Of a DNA stretch of 64,000 bases, positions 55,536-64,000 are shown one piece after another. This DNA comes from the human T2T-CHM13v2.0 reference genome, Homo sapiens. The notes under the pieces are model-generated. The model was not told the DNA's origin. It did no database searches and saw only the letters and a list, made by a program, of their open reading frames with translations. The stretch lies in assembly GCF_009914755.1 (NCBI RefSeq), contig NC_060929.1, one strand, 5' to 3'. Position 1 is the stretch's first letter; the number at the start of each line of letters is the position of its first letter. Both the position numbers and the translations under genes were made by a program.

Positions 55536-57134
55536 GTGAGTACCAGGGTCCTTCTGAGGGACCAAGGGAGCTGCATATCTGGGCTTGCCTCATGAAGACT
55601 CACTTGACCTGGATGCCGTGCAGAAGGACAGCCTGGAAAAGGGCTAACCCCAGGCTTTCCTCCTGTGGTTTTCCCAGCCCTTTGGAAGTTAGAGGCTGTC
55701 AACAGGGACACGGGCTGTTTCTATGTCCTGGAGGTCAGCAGAGGATTTATTTTTGCATCATCCTTGGGAAGTTTGAGGTCAGTTTTCTTTCACAGTCACA
55801 CAACAGACCACATAGCAAAATGATATGCAGCCTTCCCCCTCCTTTTCATATTTTGAGAAAATGAGTTAATCTTAGAACCATAGGAGAAAAAACTAAGGCC
55901 CCTGGAGGCTTCAGCGTTCGTGTTCGCCTGAAAATAAAGGATATTCAAACAACATCAACTCCTCTGAATGATGGTCGAGGAGTATCAAAGAAGTTGAGCG
56001 CTGACATGGAGCTGGGGCTGTAGCCAATGGTGTATGTTCTCATAGTGCCTAGGAACACTTGGGCCAGTGTTCATCAAATCACCTGGGGGTTTTGTTAAAG
56101 TCAGATTCTGTTTTTGGTGTGGGTTTTAACAAAATCCCCCACAATGCCAAGAACCATTCTTGGATTGGCAAAAGCTTAGAACACTTTGTCAAGTCCAGCC
56201 CATTTTAGACGTTTTTTGTATTTGGGGAGTGGAGGGTATATTTCTGTAAACTCAGAACCCTGTGTAGCAGGGAGAGTTGAGAATGAAAATGTTGGCACTT
56301 TTTTGTTTGAAGATTCTGATCTTTTCAGTATTGCCAATACATTCCTCCGGTAGAGCCCGGCTGCTCCTTTGGGTCCTCTTTACCCAGAAAATGTGCTGTC
56401 AGAAAGGAAGCAGCACTGGTAACTGGCTTAACCAGCCAACATGAAGCCCTGTTTTTATTGGTTAGCAGAGCTGAATAATCTCCTCTCCTCACAAAGCACC
56501 CACACAGCTGACATCCAAGGCCACTGCTGTGTTCAGGGGTAGAGATTCAGGAGGTTCCCCAAATCTGAGGAATTTTGGCTCCTTTGAAAACAACCTCTAC
56601 CCTAACCTTGAATGTCGGGTCGCCTTTTGTCAAATTAAATTGTTGGGTTATATAGGGAGGCTATACTCCAAAACACACACATGCGCACACACACATACAC
56701 ACACACACACGCACACACATATGCACATGCTCGTGCACCCTATAAGTACTATTGATCACCCAGGAAAAAAAAATGTTTTCACTCTTCTTCTTTAGAATTT
56801 AGAAGCTTAAACTTCCCAGACACATTCCAAAGGCTGACGGCATTCTTCCTAGAAGAAATGTTGATGATTCGATTTAAAGGAAGGCCTTGTTTGATTACTC
56901 TTTGGCTGAACTTTATGGAATAGCAGGAGCTAGGGGCCGACAGTACTTTGAAACACTGAGTTCGTCTTTTTGCACTACAAAGTGAGCAGCCACTTGGTGC
57001 TGTGTCCCCATCCACCCTCCCCATGGAACTCCTGCTCCCATTTCGTGAGCTGCTCCAGGCTCACCTCTTTCAGTCTGTCCCTTAGCTTTCCCTTCTCCGT
57101 AGAGTCAAGAATGTAGAATAAAGATGAGATATAA

Positions 57135-57531
<397 letters not shown>

Positions 57532-58404
57532 TCATACTGCTTCTTTTTTAACGGAAACACTGATCTGGTCTTAGAGTTTCTGATTATAATTTCCCCATTG
57601 CTGGATCCTGCTTTTCTGGATTGAGTGGATAAGTTATATGAAAGTGTTTTACAGATCTGTGAGATTTTATTATAATTGGCCTGTTATGTGAAGTAAAATT
57701 TTAAAATTTCAAAGTAATTGTGGGTAGGGAAGGTGGACAAAACCATGCTAAGTCAATGAAAATTCTCAGTTATGAAACATTCTTAAATAGACATAATTTT
57801 ACACTTCTAGGTATACACAGTTACTCAGATCAGAATAACAAAATTTATTAGATGACCTGTTTCATGAATACAAAAGTATGTGCTATAATTAGTATTTCAG
57901 TCGTGGTTTTTCTCCTTGATCACTTCTGACATTTTGGAAAACCCTTTATTCTAGGATACATTTATATTTTTTATTTTGGTATTGGTTTAGACTATTATTT
58001 TGCTTCCAAAACATGATTTTCCCATACATAAAATTACCTAATTATCAAATAGCACTATCTGAATTAAATTAAAACTGTTAAATTTTAATTTAACAAATTA
58101 ACAAATTACTTCAAATTAATAAATTTCAAATAATACAAAATACTTCAAATTAATACATTTGAAGTATCAGAGCTACCATTGGGAAGATGTACTATGAGCC
58201 AGGCAATGTGCTGGGCACTTTACCTACAAAACCCATTTAATCCTCACAGAAACACTGTGCTGGAGGAATAGTGTCCCCTTTTTACAGATTAAAAAAATGA
58301 GTTTTTAAAAGGTAATGTATTTTTGGCAAGGTTGATCATTGTAAAGACAGGATTTGAACGTGGGTTTTGCTGACTGTGAAGCTGCTTCCCTGAGTGAGAT
58401 GTAT

Positions 58405-60222
58405 GTGGCTTCTAGTGTACCCATCACCCAAATAGTGACCATTGTACCTAAGAAGTAATTTTTCAGCCCCCACCTCCCTCCCAACCTCCCCGCTGCCTTT
58501 TGGAGTCCCCATTGTCTCTCATTTCCATCTTTATGTCCCCATGTACCAATTGGTTAGTTCCCACTTGTAAGTGAGAGCATGCAGTATTTGATTTTCTGTT
58601 TGTGAGTTATTTCACTTAGGATAATGACCTCCAGTTTCATTCATGTTGCTTAAAAGACGTGGGTTTGTTCTTTGTTATGGCTGCATAATATTCTGTAGTG
58701 TATATATACCACATTTTCTTTATTCAGTCAACTTTTGATAGATACTTAGGTTGATTCTGTGACTTTGCTATTGTGAATAGTGCTTCATAAACATGCGAGT
58801 GCAGGAGTCTTTTTCATATAATGATTTCTTTTCTTTTGGGTAGATGCCCAGTAGTGGGATTGCTGGCTCAGTGGTAGTTATATTTTTAGTTCTTTGAGAA
58901 GTCTCCATAGTGTTTTCCACAGAGGTTGTACTAATTTGCATTCCCATGAACAGCGTATAAGCCTACCCTTTTCTCCACAGTCATGCCGACATCTGGTAGC
59001 AAAGTTGGCATCAAATCAAGTAAACATTCATGTAGATGGTGGGAAGTGGGAGGACTGAGGATGGGATAAGCCCAGCGTGTAGAAATACCATACTGGCCTC
59101 ACAAATTTATTCAGAGTAGGGTTTTTTTGACTAGTCATTCTGATTGGTGTAAGACATCTCATTGTGGTTTTAATTTGCATTTCTCTGATGATTAGTGATG
59201 CTGACTATTTTTTCTTGAGTTTTTGGCCACTTGTATATCATTTTTTGAGAAATGTCTGTTCATGCTGTAACCACCCAACAGTTCACCTTACCCGCTGCCT
59301 AGACAGAGCCTATTTATCAAGACAGGGGAATTGCAATGGAGAAAGAATCGTTCACACAAAGCCAGCTATGCAGGAGATCAGATTTTATTACTGCTCAATC
59401 AGTCTCCCTGAGCATTCGGGGATCAGAATTTTTAAAGATAATTTGTTGGGCAGGGGCTTGGGAAATGTGGAGTGCTGATTGGTCAGGTTGGAGATGGACT
59501 CCTAGGGGGTCGAAGTGAGGTTTTCTTGCTGTCTTCTGTTCCTGGATGGGATCACAGAACTGGTTGAGCCAGATTACCGGTCTGGGTGGTGTCAGCCTAT
59601 CCATCCAGTAAAAGGTCTGCAAAATATCTCAAGCACTGATTTTAGGTATTACAATAGTGATGTTATCCCCAGGAGCAATTTGGGGAGGCTCAGACTCTTA
59701 GAGCCAGAGGCTGCATGATTCCTAAACCGTAATTTCTAATCCTGTAGCTAGTTTGTTAGTCCTACAAAGGCTGACTGGTCCCCAGTCAAGAAGGGGATCT
59801 TTATGGGAAAAGGCTGTTAGTTTTGTTTCAGAGTCAAACCATAAACTGAATTCCTTCCCAAGGTTAGTTCGGCCTACGCCCAGGAATGAATAAAGACAGC
59901 TTAAAGGTTAAAAGCAAGATGGAGTCAGTTAAGTCTGATCTCTTTCACTGTCATAATTTCCTCTGTCATAATTTTTGCAAAGGTGGTTTCATTGTCCTTT
60001 GCCCACTTTTTAATGGGGTTGTTTCTTGCTTGAGTTGACTTCCTTGTAGATTCTGGATATTAGTTCTTTTTCAGAGGCGTGATTTGAAAATATTTCTCCC
60101 ATTTGGTAGATTGTCTGTTTACTCTGTTGTTGTTTTTTTTTTTTTTTTTTTTGGCTATGCAGAAACTTTTTAGTTTAAGTCCCATTTGTCTATTTTTGTT
60201 CTTGTTGCATTTGCTTTTGGTT
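58405..60222 (-). mobile_element. L1 (L1PB/early L1MA-like) 3' end, interrupted by a templated insertion and LTR8
   Basis: gtgtacccatcacccaaatagtg... and ttcccacttgtaagtgag. ORF2 remnant LKLKSFCIAK...NRVNRQSTKWEK. Confidence 0.83.
59266..59991 (-). mobile_element. LTR8 (ERV1) solo LTR
   Basis: Reverse complement begins tgaaaccacctttgcaaaaattatgac. TG...CA termini. L1 sequence resumes on both sides. Confidence 0.85.
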
Positions 60223-61773
60223 TTAAAACTCGTAAGGCATATTGCACATACAGAAATGTGGGTAAAACATATATGTGCACTGAAAGTCAACCCGTATATT
60301 TCGGTATAGCCCTAGTATTTTACAGCTGGCAGCCCCTTAGATTAGTTAGACCCAAACCAAGACACAGAAATGTTTTGAACACTACTCTCCACTTGTGAGG
60401 TCAGAATTTCCACATGTCGGGCTTACCCCATTCTCGTCCCTCTCACTCCTCTCTGTCTCCATGAATATTGGCTTGATTTAATGCCCACTTTGCTCCTTGA
60501 ACAGCCACCTTCACAACACAATGTTCAAGGAGATCCTTGAGGCTAAGTGCCCAGTGGGAACCTTGAGATCCCACCAAGGACACAGGCCACTCCCTGGGGT
60601 CCTCTGTGGCCTGTTTATCTTAGGGCTAAACTCTTTTGTAAGAAAAGATAACACTTCAGCCCTACTAACTGGGGAAGCTTTCACTTCCCACTGGGCCTAT
60701 TAATGCCAGACACTATTAGCAACTTAATTGCTTAATGGGGCAATTGGAAGATCTTAGTTGCTCTTGTGCTGGTAGTTAATGAAAGCCAGGGCCCAGTGTT
60801 TTCATTAACTGGCACTTAGCTGAAGTGAGAAAGGAGGATGGTGTTGGTGGTTCCACTGCAATGTTGAGAAGTTCGTGCAGTGTCCACATCTAATTCCAGC
60901 TCCACAACATTATAAGTAGAACAGGAAGAAAAAAAAATGACTTTAGTGTCTAGGTCCTCTAATGAGAGCTAGGATCATTTTGGTGACCTTGAATAATAAT
61001 GGTGCATCTACATGTACTTCTGTCTTCTCCTGGGAGGCGTTCCACACAAATCAGCACCTGTTTTGTTTCCAAGAGGAAATTCAAAGAAGACCCAAATCAT
61101 GATCTCTCATTCTTTATCCCCATCCTGCTGTATTTTTTTTTTCCCTGCAAGAAAGAAACACCAGCAGCATTATAGTTTCCTTTTGACCTGGTAAATCAGG
61201 CAGTTGGAGTGCAGAACTGGGGGCTTTGTAAAAAATGTATTCACTGCCTCCACTGGCCACCAACTACTGAGCTTGAAGCTTAATGAGTACATTCTTTCAT
61301 CAAGTAGAATGAAAGCCAGTAAAAAGGACATGAATGGTAAATAATAGAAATGGCAGAAGTAAAAAAGTCACTTGCCTTTCTTCTTTTTTCCAAAAACGGG
61401 AATTTAATTAAAAATAAGTTACATGTGTAATCAACTCTAGGGTTATATAACTTCCCCTAGGAATAGAACTTGGTCTTAACCACCAAAACCACTTAATTTC
61501 TAGGATACTATCCTCATGATATGAGCAGAGAAAGAACAAATACATTCTTCACTGAAGTGAATTGGTGTCCTTAGATCAGTTCCTAGTAGATGGTACTGTT
61601 TCTGTTCCTAGCAAAAGCCGTTTTGCTCTTTTCTGCTTCAGAACTTTAGCACCTGCTGTTTCCTGGGCTTTGAACTCTCTTCCCTCAGATCTTTCTATGA
61701 TCATGCCACCAGCCTCCTCCCTCTCTCCTTTCAGGTCCTAGCTCAAATGTCACTTTCTCAGATAGGCTTCTGG

Positions 61774-62050
61774 TTTTCTTGAGACAGGGTCTTGGAGTGC
61801 AGTGCCATGATCTCAGTTCACTGCAACCTCCACCTCCCGGGCTCAAGTGATCCTCCCACCTCAGCCTCCTGAGTAGCTGGGACTATAGGCACATACCATC
61901 ACGCCTGACTAATTTTTGTATTTTTTGTAGAGACAAGGTTTCACCATGTTGCCCAGGCTGGTCTCGAATTCTTGGGCTCAAGTGATCTGCCTGCCTTGGC
62001 TCCCAAAGTGCTGGGATTACAGTCCTGAGCCACTGTGCTCGACCCCAGGC
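61774..62050 (-). mobile_element. AluJ with a deletion near its 3' end
   Basis: gggctcaagtgatcctccc and gttgcccaggctgg. Confidence 0.85.
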
Positions 62051-62202
62051 TTCTGTGGTCTCAGCCTAATGCCCTGCTTTATTTTCTCCATAGCACTTTC
62101 ACTGCCTGAATCTATATTATGCATCGTATTGTCTGTCTGTATCTCCTCTCTAGGATAAGGTCCATATTGGAGCTGGAATAACTTGTTCGACGTTGTGTTC
62201 TC

Positions 62203-62517
62203 TTTTTTTTTTTGAGACAGAGTCTCGCTCTGTCACCCAGGCTGGAGTGCAGTCGTGTGATCTCAGTTCACTGCAACCTCAGTTCACTGCAACCTCCGCC
62301 CCCCAGGTTCAAGCGCTTCTCCTGCCTCAGCCTCCCGAGTAGCTGGGATTACAAGCACCTGCCACCATGCCCTGCTAATTTTTTTATTTTGATTTTTAGT
62401 AGAGATGAGGTTTCACCATGTTGGCCAGGGTGGTCTGGAGCTCCTGACCTCAGGTGATCCTCCTGCCTCCGCCTCCCAAAGTGCTGGGATTACAGGCGTG
62501 AGCCACCACTCCCAGCC
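62203..62517 (-). mobile_element. AluS with an internal 16-bp tandem duplication
   Basis: ctcagttcactgcaac twice. TSD gttgtgttctc. Confidence 0.9.
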
Positions 62518-64000
62518 ATCAAATGTTGTGTTCTCAACACCCTATGCAAGGTCTGCGCTCAATAAGTATTTATTGAGTATGTAAATGAGTGAATGTGACT
62601 TAACAAGCTAAGAGTCTGTGACTACTTTGGTGATTGGATAACTCCCTACTGCTACTGTATGGGAACTTCAAAGACAAGATGAAAGGAAACAGTTGTTCTA
62701 GAAACCCACATAGGCCAAAAGTGAATTTCCCATTGGCAAGGTTCGCAGGCAAAAGTGAACTCCCAGAATTGCAATGTGGTATAAATAAGGAAAAGGTAAA
62801 CAAATAGAGTAAAAGAGGGAGGAAGGAAAGAAGGAAGGAAGAGAGCAAACCCAGTGAATTTAAATTCAAGGCTGTAAGGATGAGATTCTAATGCTAAAAA
62901 GAGTACAGTTTGCTGATAGCGGGTTGGTGAAAGGAGAGACATTTTCTAACTCTCTTTCAAACCAAGCCCTCATTTTACCCCTGGGTTCTTACTTGATCAT
63001 TATAATAAGCATTAACATTTCTAGACTACCTTTTCCTCCTTTTCCTAATAAGGCTAATTATGGTCTCAGATCCTCAGGGATTACATAGAGAAGTATGAGA
63101 GATGTTTTGTTTTGGTTTGATTTTTGCCATACTGTTCTCTCCATAAACTGTTTTCTTCCACAGTTTCAGAAACATACTCTTCCACTGAGCTGAGACAAAC
63201 TCCCTCTGGCTCAAATCAGATTTCTACAATAAATCTGATTCCATGCTCTTCCCCAGCACCCTCTCATCTCACCCCTCTTTTCTTCTCTACACCTTCCTGC
63301 TTGCTTAGTACAGCTGTCGTTGGTTGTGTAAACCTGTTGTCCCATAAGTGTCTGTGTGTGAGTCTGGCTTTTGCCCAGTTTTGCTCTGAGATTTGGGCCG
63401 CTGTGTTTTTCATTGCCCATCTGCCTGGAGACCAGTTACAGCATGCGAGGATCCTGGGGTACATGTTGTCATAGAGCCACAGAATAGATTTCCCTTATCC
63501 CTGTTCGCAAGTGAGGACTCTTCTTTGGCGGCAATGCCCCTGAATAGGCTGCAGCAGTGAGCAGAGAGGAAGCAATGGAGACAGAAGGTAGTGGCATGTT
63601 CTGGGGATGGCTACAAAGCAATCAGGAAGTGCTCCAAAGTCCCTGTGACTTATTAGCACTCTCTAGCAGCTTCCTTACAGCTGCAGCCTCTTTCAATCCA
63701 TGCCTATGAAAGTTCTTGCCAACCTTTACACTATTCACTGCCCCCAAGCATCTGTACCTTTGAACAGAGCAGAATCTGGCCGGCAAGTCTGGGTCTGAGG
63801 TCCAGGAAAACTGTCCTCTTACTACCTTGCTGTGGGACCTCCTCAGAAAAGACACTTAGTATCTCTGGGTCTCAGCTTCCTCATCTCTAAGATGGGTACA
63901 GTAATCCTGAGACAGGTGATATTTTCTACTTCTCAGGGTTATTTTAAGAAAACACAAGTGGAACAGAGGTTAAGGTATCTGACCACTCTTCAAGATGAAG

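Noticed and set aside
61809-62297. Shared non-consensus gatctcagttcactgcaacc in two neighbouring Alus, suggesting gene conversion
   Set aside because: Rests on one CpG decay and one transition, which is too little to separate from coincidence.

Overview
Human (or very closely related primate) genomic DNA, almost all intronic. The window holds the 3' part of intron 1 through part of intron 6 of EGFLAM (pikachurin, the photoreceptor ribbon-synapse ECM protein), on the + strand. Five coding exons (22607-22716, 23785-23868, 35578-35695, 37273-37408, 55369-55535) splice in frame with GT-AG boundaries and encode the two N-terminal fibronectin type III domains. The haplotype carries Arg at codon 229. 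The rest is a dense transposon landscape: about 20 Alus, nested L1s, MER9, LTR8, THE1, MST and MLT1 solo LTRs, hAT and Tigger MITEs, MIR and L2. The other ORFs in the track are repeat-derived or chance. Two things stand out beyond this annotation. (1) A candidate 27-nt in-frame microexon in intron 3 (27053-27079, GQPDHQAIF) with good splice signals and neural/photoreceptor-type regulatory motifs. (2) A recurring signature of locally templated insertions and fold-backs: three transposons each contain a 110-210 bp copy of unique DNA from within about 2 kb, and two further fold-back patchworks are present. Repeat subfamily names and reference-protein comparisons are from memory, and identities were counted by eye. 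No searches were run.
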